Assembly (NCBI GenBank): GCA_024704765.1
Contig: JAKMXF010000222.1
Span: forward strand, 1,756,405-1,820,404
Direction of reading: 5' to 3'
DNA: 64,000 bases
Source: Oopsacas minuta
Taxonomy: Eukaryota; Animalia; Porifera
A model generated the notes under the pieces. The model searched no databases. It saw only the letters and a list, made by a program, of their open reading frames with translations, and was not told the DNA's origin. Position numbers and translations under genes: made by a program. Shown here piece after piece: positions 39,207-52,784 of the stretch; position 1 is the first letter of the stretch, and each line of letters begins with the position of its first letter.

Positions 39207-41146
39207 TTATCTTTTGATGGAATCAAATATCTATAGAAATAGTGAGTATTAGCTGTGTCACTGGTAATACTTACAAGTGATGGCGGAAAAAAGCTCCCAA
39301 AAATTGTTCTCAATTAATCATGACAGGTCCTTGTATGCTTCCAAAGTATAAGCTTAAGATCAACACAATAATGATCACATAACAAGACCTCGAAGGGAGG
39401 CGAACAGATACCCAAATGTTAAGGCCGATGTATTTTAGGCATAAGTCGAAGAATAGTTTCGTCTTGGAAAATAGTCAGTTTCTCGTTGCATTTAATATTT
39501 CATAGATATTGTGAATAAGAAGCATCTCGCACTCATATAATAATAATTTAGAGAATTTAAACTTAACTTACAAAGATAATTCATTCATCAACTAATTAGC
39601 CTTCAGATACATTCTTAAAGAGAAACTAGCAACTAAATGGGCAATCAGTCCCAAGTGTATGGTATATTGAATAATTGTAATTAAATTTAGAAGAATTGAA
39701 CTATGGATATTATCGATCGTTGCAACTAGTCTGAATGATAGAATTAATAGAAGTAACAGAATTCAAAATAATATGTTAAAACAGTGGATAAATATTGTTA
39801 AATCATTTCTAATAACTACGTTCTTGGTATTTCTAATGAATAATACATGGGATTTGTATGTTTATAGTAAATCCCAGATGGTATTGTTGGATACAAAAGT
39901 TTCTGTTAGACTAGATACTGAATTCGCTTAGCTATGGTGCCTTGATTAGTGATGTATTAACAAGAGCAGCACAGGCTTTATGGAAGAGTTAATACCGCAG
40001 ACCTCAATTAAATTGTAAAGTAACTGAACAAAAGGAGTAGTTTCTTGGATACCGGTTGTCATGTCAGAAAAATTTAATTAAAATAGAATTATGCGTACAA
40101 GGAATATCAAGGATCATGCTTGTGCTAAATGACTTGATCTGACGCAATATATGCTGTAAAACAACAAAACGTTATTAAAGTGTTGTAAACTCCCAGTGAG
40201 GTCAAGTGGCAAATGCCTGTAAGCAGACAGTATTATATTTACAATAAGAAAAATAAAATAACACATGAATATCATGGAATGATGGAATATGCTATTATTG
40301 GTCTAGGCAGTCAGCTGATATCCATGACATCAAGTGTTAGCAACATGTCTTGAAAGTAACATTTGATAATACCTATTTTCCCAATATACATGGTCCAAGT
40401 CCGTACTGATTATCTATGATTGTAACTCTAGAAAATGAAAATGAACGCAATTGGAGTGTGTGTTCCATTTTTAAGGAGCAGGTGCGAGGTACGACCCAAT
40501 AAATTTAAAGCACTTAATGCTCTGCCTATTCAATCCTACTGGCCGGGCAGGACCACTTTACCCTAAATCAAACCAGTGACCTGACTGCTATAAAATTGAC
40601 CCCGCCGCCCCTAGCTACACATTAGGAAAGCAGCAAAATACGTACGAATTGCAATGTTTGCTAAGACGATCAAATGAACAGAACAAATATCATGGATATT
40701 TATGGCGAACAAACACTACTAAAGTAAGGATAATATCTACCTACTGCTCCACTATATTTATCAAAGCAAAATTGTAGAATTAACTAACAGAGCCTTTGTC
40801 ATGATATTAGAAGATTCTTACACAGAAATTTGTATAACGTATGCTAAGGGTTGCATGAAAATAATAGTTTTTAATGGAACATGGCCTGATTGAACTTTGT
40901 TGCATACACTATTATTTGATGCAACCAAATTGCATCTTGTATGTCACTGTATATGTATGGTGGGTATACTCTTAATTATGACTAAAATAGTTCTCTCAAT
41001 ATGTATAATCTGTATTTTAGGCTAATCAACATAATGTATAACAAATAAAGTATAATAATTAACAATAATGTATATCGCCTATTGTATCATATCACCAGTG
41101 AGAATACAATATTCTATTAGCAAATTATTCTACACTCTATCAGAGA

Positions 41147-44100
41147 CTAGACTGATATATCCTTCTTCTGACTAATATTGATTTTATCTCCTAAGCTGAG
41201 TGCCATGCCTTGTGACTTAGCTCTGATTCTGACATGTCCAGTAACAGAGACATCCTTATCTTGAGGCTTCTTGAGAGATATGTTAGCAAGAGCTTCCTCT
41301 CCAAATATACTCCTGGCGTAAAGATTAGCAGAGAGGAAGTCACACTCTCCGGAGAGAGCCTTTGGAGGTGTGAGACATTTCATGTTAGTAGATTTGACTA
41401 TGTGTTCTAGATAAGTTTGCATATTCTTGATTGAAGTGTTAACAGACAGTTTATTCTCCCACTCAAACTCAGTCCATTTCTTCCTGAAGTCCTCCTGCAT
41501 CAGATGGCCAGGCCTTATGTAGTCCATAATATCAATGTGTATATCATTCAATACGACACAGTTCTTGTCAGAGGATGCAGTACCGGCTACATCATACACA
41601 ATATTACCGAAAATAACTCCATTTTCGGTGGATGAAACTTTCACTGCTGCTTTGATATTAGCGAAGTCTTGTGGAGCTAGATTTATCTGAGATGGTTTCT
41701 CGACTAGTTTCAGATCTCCATGAGTAGCTAGTTCCAACAGGACTCCTTGTAGAGTATCAGGAGTCTGGTTAACAATCAGGATATCAAGAATGATGTCATA
41801 CTGATGTACATATACATAAGCTTCAGCGTAGATAGGATCAGAGAATCCAGTCATCTGGTAGACACGATCTAACTTGCTCTCTGATGAGCTGTTAGTATCC
41901 TTTTGGTCTGAGGATCCTACTGCTTGTAGGAGACTTGCTTCGAACCTACAAGTATATGAAGCAATCATTATAACATATATGGTCATTTTCAAGATTTCGT
42001 CAGCATTCTTAGAGATACGACACCAATATATTATCAGGGTATGGGAAGAAGTCAAGAAGGGGATATAGAACATATATGCAAGACAATTAATTCCTCTACA
42101 GTGCTTACAAATTGGAGCATTTTTGTTAACAAATTTGCTTCGTAAGCATTTAGATGACTCATTTCGATCTGGGAAATAGATTGTAGGCAGCGTTTCCCAC
42201 ATTATTTTTGGGATTGAGGCAGCCTCTGTCGCTTATACACGTACCAAACCTTATACATAGAGTCTTCATTTTAACTCGATTTGGGGGAACACTGATTGTA
42301 GGTATAGTTTGTCTATTGTTAAGAATCAATAATACATACATATAGTCGGGGAAAATGCTACATTTTGACCGAAACAAATAAATTAACTGAATCATCACTA
42401 GTCAATTGTTGGGCGTGGCATTGCTTTTTGTATCGAATGCTGAGTCAAAAGTAATGAATAAAGCTTTCTAATAGTACTTACTCAAAATGTATGAAATGTA
42501 TACACCCAGAAACGGTTCAAACAAGGTAATAATTAAAGTATATACGAGGGTCACTAGGAAAGGTTTGCGACTCGGGTATAACTATTGTTTGAAGTCAATT
42601 GAAATAGTTTAGAATTTTATAATATGGAATATAATTGTTCAAAGTAACCACCAATGTGGGAAATATATTTATGCATCCGCTCAAACCACTTTTCAAAGTA
42701 AGCGGTCCAATCTTCAGGTTTTACCTGCTCTAAGCAGCCTCTATATGCCTCGACAGCACCCCGCTGGAATGTCGAAAGTAACTCCACGTATCTGCATTTT
42801 CATCCTCGGGAATAGATAGAAGTCGCACGGTACAAGATCCGGTGAATATGGTGGGTGGGTGACGAGCTGAATGTCATTCTCTACAATGGCGTATAATGTT
42901 CTTGCAGCTGTGTACGCGTTGCATTATCATTAGGTCATAGAATTGGTCTTCTAATTCGTTTTTAGTACTTACAAAGCCACTCCTGTATTAACTTTGGTAC
43001 ACAAACTTCGGAATACCATTCTGAGTTGACTGTTTTCGCTTAACTAATGGAATTGTAGAAACATGACCCGATTTTCGCAAAAAATGTCGCAACCATCTGG
43101 TTTCCCACACTTTTTTGGCGTCTCACTTTCGTAGGATAGTCTTCCCCTGGAAATGTCCAGACCAATGGATGTTTTTACGCTCAGTATCATACTCGTTGAT
43201 CCACGTTTCATCATCCATAACAACATGATCCAATAATTTAGACTTTCAATTCATTATCGAATTTCATGATCATGAACTTGCAACATAAATCACTCACTCT
43301 CTTTCAATTTCCATTTTGCTACAATTATATAGGTGTAAGATAAACTTATGAGAGTTAATACGTGATCAAAGTTATCACACACATCTACAAATATGAATCT
43401 CATTATACATACTGTTACTAATTGATACTGAATACAACCTGTCCAGAAAATATAATTTAAAATCAGCGCCCAGACGTTAGTAATTACTCTACACTTCTCC
43501 CCATTAATGGTAGATATTCATCCCCACTGATCCTTCCTGTCCGTATATGTACGCAACATACCCAACAGAATACGGTTCGATCTCTCTGCCAAACCATCTC
43601 TTTGGGGTGATATGAACTTGTGTGAGTCTTTGTAACACCAAATGAGCTACATAATTCTGAGACTAATGCACTCTCAAAGTTTCTCCCCTGATCACTATAC
43701 AATTCCTTCGGAATACCAACATGGCAAAACAGCCTCCTTAGGATCCGTTCTATTCTATTTGCTCTTTGGTCTGGCATAGGAAACGCTTCCAACCATTTGG
43801 TGAAATAGTCCTGAACCACTAAGATATATTTGTTCCCTGTGCATTCATAGGTACCTCTAGGACATCAACTGCGATTCTTTGCCAAGGGTTCCCACTGGAG
43901 AGATAACTAAAGGAGCCTATACTGATCTAAGTTGTTTAGTGATCATACATTCGTCAAATGTGCTGCAAAATTGTCTAACATTCCATGCCATTCCAAACCA
44001 AAATGCACTATTGTTAAGTCTCTCAAACGTTTCCGCCATCCGAAATCCCCAGAACCAGGTATATCATAATTCTTATGTAAAGAAATATTCTTCAATTTGG

Positions 44101-47100
44101 TAGGATCAAATTATAGTTCTTCTTTCACCGAATCCATGAACTCTATATTGCTGCAAAGCAACCCGATCCTAGAGTTGTTTCCATATTTAGAAATTATGAT
44201 TGAATAATACCATCGTTATTAAGAGCAACAAACAAATTTTATACATCATGCAAGTAGATCATTGCTGAATAATACGGACAAATATTCAGCATAAATCTAC
44301 TTGACTGAAAATCGCCTAGTGCAAGTAGAGCAAAGCAGCCTATTAGTGGGATGCTCGTATTTATATATTAGAATCACATATATAAAGGAACTAAAAAAAG
44401 AATATACATTCACATTTTCTAAAACAATAGGATTGCTCAAAGGAATGGCTAGCGTAGAAGTAAAAATCCACTTTATCGAACAAGGAAAAGAGAACAAAAA
44501 GAAAATTCGAGACTGCTTCAAGAGGTTGCATGAAGCTCTACGACTCAGAGAGAGTAATCTCATATCTTACCTTGATCAAAATGAAGAGTATATTAGCAAT
44601 AATCAGGAAATAAAGAAATTACTAGAGAACTTGAACAAATACAAATTGATCAGTGCAGAAACACTAAGTTCAAATGAACTGGCAGACATTCATGGAAAAG
44701 TAGAAGCATTGATAAATAACAAAATCGAGGGACTAACAGCTGAGACAGACAGGTGTATTGAATTTGAATGGAACAATCAATTCGAGACTCAAATAGAACA
44801 GCTAGGGAATATTAAAAGTTTAACTGTAAAGGATTACAGGATTGCAAGAAACAAATTTAGAAAAATATCATTCGTTTCGATATTTTTCATTTGTCTATAC
44901 TTTATAAATTATGTCATATTCCAGCGGTTTCCAACCTGGGATCCATAGGATCTCAAATTTGTATTGCAGTCTATAAGATAGGGTCCACAAAGGAGAAAGG
45001 TTGGGAACCGCTGTCCTATTCTATCATTGTTATAAGATTATATCATACAACTGTGTTAAATACTGTAACATTAGCCACACATGTTGGTATTAACTACTAT
45101 TTGTAGTTCATTGGTTATAATATTACATAACAATAGTAGCTAGAGAATAGACGGAGAATAATCGCATTTGCCAGAAAGTAGGGGGGGTCGATACTCAGCC
45201 TTCAGCCAATAGGAAATGATATAATAGATACATATTGGTATCTAGACGAAGCTAGGGGGTTGCTGGTAACGCCAGGACAACTGTCAGCAACCCCTGGATT
45301 ACTGAAGATTCACACAATTGTATATTAATGAGGTTGATACCAACCCCAAAGGCGAAATGCTAGTTACGCCTCTGATTGGTATTGAATTAGAATATTCCAG
45401 TTGACATAACAAATGGTAGCTACTCACTACTGTCATATGAACGAATATCTTAGACCACAAGAGAATAACGAAATATGGAACCCCTGGCCAACTTTGAGTG
45501 ATTTTTGAGGAAATAATTAAGGAATTCCAGCATAAAGTTAGAGTTTGATTAGAGTTTCGTATAAAAACAACGCGTAAGCTAATTTAAAAGAAGGACAACA
45601 TCATAGTACTAGCTTCTAACTATAATCCCTCCTATTCAATTTTCTATAAATCTCCAAAGGTGTGAACAGGAGAACGAACACGTATATATGTTAGGACAAA
45701 TTTACGGAATCAACAATTATGCATAATTACAGATTTTTGGTATGAATTACAAGCGATCTCTAAGTGTAAGCGAGTGACTTAAAATCAATATCTGTAAACA
45801 TTGAATATGTGAACACGGTCGATGACATCATCATCTGCTTCATAACAACGAAGATGTGTCCATGTCATACACAGTAGAGAATTGCTTCAATAATTGATAG
45901 AATGACTCTACCTATTCTCTATTCTCTATTCTCTATTCTCTACTATGACTTGTTGAATAGCGCAAGAACTTCAATAAACTAAATATTTGTAATACTTGCG
46001 GATGAAACTAAAGACTATGTAGTGAAAAGAACAACTATCACTATGATTCCGTAACATAAATAAATCGAAAATAATTTTACTGGATATAAGCATGCATCTG
46101 AATTGAATGCTGCTGCTCTTGTTGAGTACATCTTCCAAAGGAATTCGTATTTCAATTTATATTTATCAATGCGTTAATCAGTGCTATGATGGTGTATCTG
46201 TCAAAAAGCCCTCTGGTCAAAGAGGAAGACAATATTGAAAAACTCTCCGATAGAAGGTGTTCCCGTTCGTAACATGTCTTGCTGTTGAAAATATTGTTGA
46301 AAATAATTTGTCGCTTAATATGAGAGATTTTGATCTCTGAATTCAGTATACACAAACACACATGAGCATCGGTATGGGGAGAGACCGAGGCACGTACCAT
46401 AGATGCAGCTTCGTAGGGGGAGGCCGGGAATGCTGGATGCTTAGGCGGGTGGTAATGGACGTGACGGCCTTGTACACACTAAATCTATATTATTAAAACT
46501 CAATTATTGTGTGTGTGTTTGTGTGTGTTTGTCCACTTTGTATTATAATAATAGGGGAAGATAATCTGCGATATAATACAGGGAATAACATATCCTTCTG
46601 TTGACGTTATAGGAAAAGTAAACAATGAAATTGGCTAATCGAGTATGCTGATTCCGATTTTCACGTTTTCGAATTAATCATATGGAAATGTATTTGTTGT
46701 TTTTATGAATATAAAGTAAACAAATTGTTGAAATAATAATGTATTATTTCAATTTTGCAATTTCATACGTTGCAAAATTCGAGACACGAAGTGCCGAGTC
46801 TCATGCGAACACAAAGCGTTCAAGCTGCAAACAGCTCGTAGTATATTAAGTGTATCTCAAATCTAGCAATAACTAATAACCTGTTCTCTGCATCTAGAGC
46901 ATCTCCAGTTACAAGCAATCCAAACAAAATAGCATCATCTGCATGAGTCTCACTCTCCTCCGGTATACCAGTGTCCTTCATCTTCCTTTCCTTTGACTGC
47001 TCACTGAGTAGTTCGTCTACTGCTTTTCTTGTTTTATCTAGAACAGCTAAGCCTATGGAAGGGTCAGGAGAGGATAGCAATCTCAAACACAACCACAAGT

Positions 47101-50100
47101 GATCTAGCTCAATGGCAGGAACTGGTTTCTTCAACAGTTTAGATCTTCCTAGTCTGAGCATTGAGGATATGATTAGCATAGCTTCTCCTTTAAGTGCATT
47201 ACAACTCTGTTGGTTATTACACAAAGAAGCGTAGGTGATGGCTAGCTTACTCAGAGCTCCAGCTAGTGAGCAGGCTAGAGTGTAGTTACCTTCTAGAAGC
47301 TTCTTGCGTAGAGTAGGAGCATCATCCAGCTTCTTAGCCTTAGGGGTTATATATAAGATAAGTAAAGTACAGTAACGCCTGTAATGGTCACTTACTATTA
47401 ACATTACGTAATAATCTTTGATGATCAAATTCCAAATATTTCCCAAAGCATTGTAATAATCCAATACAAATACACTGGAACCAACATAACCCAACATCTG
47501 TATTGTTAAGAAGACATCTATAATCAGACAGAGTTAATCTAAAAGCTTCGTACAATACAAATTCAGCTGGATAATCTTACAATTTGCTAACCCGACACAA
47601 TTTCCATATACAAGCCACCAATGATTGTCGGATTATGCATGTTCCCCACTGTATATTATAGTTGCTATTTCCCCTTACTGTATATGCATAAGCTTGACTT
47701 AATGTAATACCTGAGAAGTAGCAGAGCTAAGAGCACTTTGAGTTGCATATGTCCCATCAGCAGTGACATATGAATGAGATCCAGTAGGCACAGACTCTAT
47801 AATATTCAGAGAATCATCCTCTCCAGCAGCCTCCTTTCTTTGCTCGCTCTCCACTATAGGGAGCTCTCCCACCAATAATCTTATCTCCTGCATCACTCTA
47901 GTTATTTCTTCCTCAGTCATACAGTGCTGACCTAGCACCCATAATAATTGACGGAGTACTTCTCCATTTTCAACCTAACAATAGAGCCATTCAAAACAAC
48001 AAAAGTATACTGCAACCGCTATAAGTGGGGAGGAATGGGTGATACCATTTAACAATAGCTTCAAACATTAAAATCAGAATCTATAAGTGAGGAATTCTAA
48101 AAGATAAAATTTCCTGAATTATCAGTTCTTGTGCCAAATGTATAAAAATCAAGTATTTATTGCTATCTTCGGATTTCAAAGAAAAAATAGCTACAAAGTT
48201 ATATTATACTTACAAGATATTTAAATTTCAAATATCAATGAATAAACAGTCTTTATAGGAAGTGAATCATTCATCCCAAATTCATATATTATATTTGCAA
48301 TAATATTTAGCCATGTATAACCTGTAAATTATTAAGAAAAATTGGCCAATCAAAAGTGGAGCGAAATGTCGGTATCCGCTAGCGGACCCCTGTTGTTTTT
48401 TAAGGAAATTGAATTATAAGAACGAAAGAAGGTATCTAGAAATTTTGAAGGTTCTGAAGAGAAATAGCTCCAAGAATTGATCTCAAAGTTAGAATTCGTA
48501 ATACACAAAATACCTGAGAATTCATCGATTTTTGCAGGCCATTGCTGGTGATAATTTGTAGTGTCTCACGAAAATATCGCTATTGTTATAAACGTCTATG
48601 TCTCAACTATCGATTAGCATAAAATAATTGAAATTCAGTCGGATTTAGGGTAAGAAACATGAGTTTGAACTAATCCTACTTTATGTAGAAATGATTCATC
48701 CCCTACCACTCTCACTTCCCGCCTTAAAATTTGAATTCCTCTAGCTCCGCGAGTTTATCATATTTTTAATGAAATGTAATTTTCATAAATTTCCATATCA
48801 CTAAAGTATGCATATATAATTTCAGAATCGAATTCTGACTTTTCGGTGGGTAAATTCAAGGAAGTTGTGACACTAAAAATTTTCACCCAAAAAGTAACTA
48901 AAAGTAAAGCTTTGTAAAATCAAAACATATTGCTTAAAACGTTCACGTCTCCTCTTTCCAATGATACTGATTTCGTTTAAATCTGATGAGTATAAGTGAG
49001 TCAAATTCGTGACTGAAGTGACCCTAGCCGAACTTCTTCGTTGAATTTTTCAAAATACAATATTTCAAAAAGTAAAGAATATTTTTAAAAGAAAATTAAA
49101 CACATAATCCACACCAGCCCTCAATAGTATGTAGAAGAAAACTTGTTTCAAAATAATAATGAGAAGCCGGTCAAATAATGCATTATAGTTGACATTAATG
49201 GTAAATTTTTGAAAGCCTCAATGTTAAGTCATCGCACATATTTTTACAATTCTGATGACATTTTCGTAATCCACTAACGCTATACTTTAGAATAATAACA
49301 AATTTTTTCCTCTAGCTATACGCTAAGTCGGTCAAATAAACGATTGAAGTGAACACGTTTGTTAAATTTGAATTGGCCTGTTAACTTCTTCTTCGTGTAG
49401 ATTATTGTATTGTACCTGTGAGAATATCTCAGTTAACCGCCTTATCAAATCTTCTCTGAGTGTTGGATACAGATGTGTCATCTCTCGCACTAGTTTAAGC
49501 ACATCACAGGCGATCAGGTCGTTCTGATCTAAGACAGAATCCATCATAGAGGGGAGGATAGAGCTAGCAATCTCAGGGAACATAGAACAGCAAGTGTGTA
49601 GACATAAGATGAGGTGTCTCTTGTATTTTATATTTTCATCTTCTTGTGATTGATCTGATGTTTGAGTCAGCTCACGTCTTAGGAATGCTGATACCTAAAA
49701 TCACATAGCAAACTTTCAAGGTTGAAACTGCAGGAACAGAATATCAGTCTTCGTGACTAGCGGCCTAACCGAATACTGAATACTGATATTCGCATTTGGT
49801 TTGTACTCGCAAATTGAACTATTCTGTTGCAATCTTGAATATTTTACATATAAAAATCACTCACCTCAGGAGCAGTTTTAAGATTGACGAGATATAGCAC
49901 AAGATCTAGTGTTTTCCTTCTAACTTCAATGTCTGGTGCCTCCAGAGCACTCAGCAGATCCATTACCATTCCTTGTAACACACGTCTATGCGATGGTTTA
50001 TTGCATAATCCCTTCAAGCGATCTAACACGATAATCTTAACATTGTTATCAGACTCACTCACTACTAGCTCTATGTAGCACTGAGCTACAGCCTTGATAG

Positions 50101-51652
50101 CTGTAGGGGTGTTAGAGAGAGTAACCAGTGTGCCAGCTGCTTCATACCTCACAGCTGATGAGCTACTACCTAGGAGGGAGTACACGCTTCTGAGGAACCT
50201 GCCACGTTCTGATGAATTCTTATGACACACCTATCAATACAGTAGAGCATTGAATAACCTCGGTTATCCGAACAGCAAGCATATATAGTTTGTGAATATT
50301 TTACAAATTTCATCTAAGATTGGAGCCTCAGACCAATTCAGTACTAGTTTTTTCGAAACATATGGTTGTTTCAGGCATGGCTATGTTGGTATAAATGTGC
50401 AGTCAAAACAGCCAACACTCGTTAATTCGAACATTCGTTATCTCGAATGAATATTCACTTCTCTTCGTTGTACTTTTAGTACTTATCGCATCCGTTAACT
50501 AGAACCTGCGATTTTTCGAACAGATTTTCAGGGTTCGAGTTACCGAATGTTAACTGTATAGCATATTATTAACAATGCGTATAATTTTAGAATAATTTCG
50601 TTATGAATGTTTTTATAGCATAATTGAAAAGATCACAATAAACTGAATAAGCAGCAAAATTTTCAGCTCTTAATCGTTTGAAAAAGTGTCGCAGGGAATT
50701 GAGACCATAAATGGAGACCATCCGTTAACTCGAACAGATTTTGAATTCTCCTGAGGTTCGAGTTACCGGATGTTGACTGTATTCCAAATTACAAAATCCA
50801 CTATTCAGTTATCCGAATAGCCTACTGAAATTAATGACTACGATATTCGGATAATCGAGGATGTACTGATAAATAACGCAATTCGGACGTACCTTGTATA
50901 TGAGCTCTACTACCACTAGCTGCATTATATCACCAAACATTGCGACCTGTTCCTGACAGGCTGCTAGGTAGTCAAGAGCTTTCCTCTCGTCAACGTGAAG
51001 GAGCATTAGGAATGCGTTTCTTTTACAAGAGGGGTCTCCTTCTTGCTCTAGGAAGTGTAGTACTAAGTCAGGAGCGTCAGGTATGAGTGAGCTACAATGC
51101 TGATAAATTGTAAACACTGCTAAGACAGCGTTACGTCTGACATAAGGGTGTTTGTACTCCAGACAGGAGCGGATAGAAGGCATGAGGGGTTCTAGAAGTT
51201 CCGCCTCTCTCAACTTACAGAGGAATCGGAGAGTACTTCCTCTCACGAACTCATTCGCATGTTGAAGGTCTTTCCGGTACGCATCACATACCTGAATAAC
51301 ACAAAGTATAAACATAAATAATAATAATAAATAGATTGAGTATTTATACCAGTATCATTTCATGACGTAGCTTCCCCTCAGCTGTTGTCTTAGGTATTAT
51401 CTCAAAGTATATAAATAGCAGTTTCTTGAGAGTATGGTTATGTGTAGGAAGTACGAATCGTATGACAGTCATGAGTAGACTGGTGAGTTTCTCTCCATTC
51501 AGCATCAAATGAATTATACGCTTCATGGTAGCAATCTTAGCGTTATCGTTACCATTCTCTAGATCTTGTTTTAGAACTTGGTCATTCACTGATTCACTGT
51601 CATCTATCTTACTGATTAGAGTGAAGCATGACTGTTCAGAAGTTATAGCCAT
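41147..51652 (-). CDS. COPB1: Coatomer subunit beta
   Basis: Exons 51652-51350, 51291-50893, 50230-49865, 49694-49416, 47974-47711, 47338-46881 and 41945-41147 with canonical splice sites. Hallmarks: HEMILV|[65 protein letters not shown] and [18 protein letters not shown]. Confidence 0.97.
42545..43300 (-). pseudogene. mariner (DD34D-type) transposase remnant with one terminal repeat
   Basis: TA|CGAGGGTCACTAGGAAAGG terminus. Minus-strand motifs [40 protein letters not shown] and [20 protein letters not shown], with frameshifts and stops. Confidence 0.85.
43484..44200 (-). pseudogene. Ty3/Gypsy integrase remnant
   Basis: [58 protein letters not shown]. and [15 protein letters not shown] (frameshifted). 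Confidence 0.9.
44445..44948 (+). CDS. Nested antisense ORF, coiled-coil (B-box C-terminal/TRIM-NHL-like N-terminal module); possibly truncated or a pseudogene
   Basis: Open frame of 215 codons (44301-44948); ATG 44445 follows an AG acceptor. [26 protein letters not shown]...[19 protein letters not shown] has coiled-coil character. No downstream exon found; the end runs into a hAT MITE. Confidence 0.5.
   Translation: MASVEVKIHFIEQGKENKKKIRDCFKRLHEALRLRESNLISYLDQNEEYISNNQEIKKLLENLNKYKLISAETLSSNELADIHGKVEALINNKIEGLTAETDRCIEFEWNNQFETQIEQLGNIKSLTVKDYRIARNKFRKISFVSIFFICLYFINYVIFQRFPTWDP
44922..45013. mobile_element. hAT MITE (92 bp)
   Basis: TIR CAGCGGTTTCCAACCT / AGGTTGGGAACCGCTG; TSD TCATATTC / TCCTATTC (7/8). 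Confidence 0.85.
45242..45374. mobile_element. hAT MITE (133 bp)
   Basis: Perfect TSD ATTGGTAT at 45234-45241 and 45375-45382. Right end CTAGTTACGCCTCTG; internal IR GGGGTTGCTG / CAGCAACCCC. Confidence 0.75.
45960..46300 (+). pseudogene. hAT (ZMYM1-like) transposase remnant
   Basis: [10 protein letters not shown] (45986-46015), KEQLSL*FR and QCYDGVS (from 46179) match hAT catalytic-core motifs; frameshifted. Confidence 0.75.
46484..46838 (+). mobile_element. Mini-Helitron in a COPB1 intron
   Basis: A|TCTATATTATTAAAACTCAA and a (GT)/(GTTT) tract. Modules are shared with other copies. Hairpin AGCTGCAAACAGCT, then CTCG|T. Confidence 0.7.
50239..50781. mobile_element. One or two pogo-type MITE remnants in COPB1 intron 2
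   Basis: TA|CAGTAGAGC..GGTTATCCGAAC, plus two right ends GGTTCGAGTTACCG(A/G)ATGTT(A/G)ACTG|TA at ~50558 and ~50781. Confidence 0.5.
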
Positions 51653-52052
51653 TACTAGCCTCAAATATATTCAATTATCATATGGGATAGCGAGGTAGTT
51701 GCTGATTAATGATATACAATTTTCCCAGAATCTCGGGGTCTTACTAGAATTCAGTTATGTGCCTTAGCCCAAATAGCTTCAATAGTATCCTGAAAATACT
51801 ATTTATGAATGCAAAACTTGGAAATCCAGGTAATTTATCGAAAATCGCGGGATTTAGCAATTAGATCACTCGTAATTAAAGAATTAGTGAGTATGAACCA
51901 GCTGTGAATAAAACGGAGTACTGGCTAGTATAACGTAAGAGAGTGTATAGTGTAGCTGACCTTGTAGAAATAAATTTAAAATCATTAATAATAATAATAA
52001 TATCAAACCTACAAACATTTATGGAATATAAAATTTAAAGCAAACGGTAATA

Positions 52053-52784
52053 TCAGTCTTGAATTGTACCTGGTACAGGTAACTCATTAGACTCCTGGAC
52101 AGGTGAGGGGAGATAATCTAGAATATAGGATTGTTTGTTTCTAAGCACTTCTGCTTTCTCTTTGGTATCTCTATGTTTGCTTGTACTATTTGGTCTCAAT
52201 TGTCGCGCGATAGGACAACAAGGACAACAACAACAAACACAACATAAACAACAGAACAACAATATTATTATCAATATGATAATAGCGGCAATAATCCCTT
52301 CAAATATTCCAACAAGATTAATACGAGAACACATCAAGTTAACATCTTCTGCATGAGTACAGTCGTGTATACCCACAGGGAGAGAGGGACAGTCTATGAG
52401 GAGTCTCTCATCTCCTTCACACCTGACCTCATCGAGCCAAATCGGAGTATCAATTAAGGATTCTTGTCCTAGAGTTTCGAGGAATGATAATGATGAGTAA
52501 GGTATATTGTAGGTGAGATTTAATTGAGAACAAACTACTTTCTCATCTAGAGAGTCCCATTTGTCATTACACACACTCCCCCATTCTGTGTTCTGATATA
52601 TCTGTAGTACTCCTAGTTGAAATGACTGAGAGGCTGACAGGAAGTTTATTATACTCTGTTGATATCTAGTCAGGTTAGCTGAGGGGGGTAGGAATAGACG
52701 TATGTCATTATCTCTTTGAGATAGAGACAGAGATAGGATAGACAGGAGTGCTAGTTCTTTGAGTAAAGATATGTGTAGTAACAT
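52053..52784 (-). CDS. Single-exon type I membrane protein: signal peptide, one group-A SRCR domain, TM helix, poly-Cys juxtamembrane block
   Basis: Hydrophobic N-terminus; EWGSVCNDKWD...VVCSQL...IWLDEVRCEGDE.LLIDCP...HDCTHAEDVNLMC (6 Cys); TM GIIAAIIILIIILLF followed by CCLCCVCCCCPCC. Confidence 0.88.
   Translation of the reverse strand: MLLHISLLKELALLSILSLSLSQRDNDIRLFLPPSANLTRYQQSIINFLSASQSFQLGVLQIYQNTEWGSVCNDKWDSLDEKVVCSQLNLTYNIPYSSLSFLETLGQESLIDTPIWLDEVRCEGDERLLIDCPSLPVGIHDCTHAEDVNLMCSRINLVGIFEGIIAAIIILIIILLFCCLCCVCCCCPCCPIARQLRPNSTSKHRDTKEKAEVLRNKQSYILDYLPSPVQESNELPVPGTIQD

Noticed and set aside
39688-39930. About 80-codon open frame in the KANSL1-COPB1 gap
   Set aside because: No identifiable similarity, and it is flanked by stop-rich sequence.
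41946-42202. N-terminal extensions of track ORFs (also 47339-47497, 60689-60786, 21342-21525, 9204-9225)
   Set aside because: These are intron read-through; homology begins at the AG acceptors.
45912-45939. (CTATTCT)4 tandem repeat
   Set aside because: An ordinary short slippage repeat next to the hAT remnant.
46152-46400. 82-aa minus-strand ORF
   Set aside because: It is the antisense shadow of the hAT transposase remnant.
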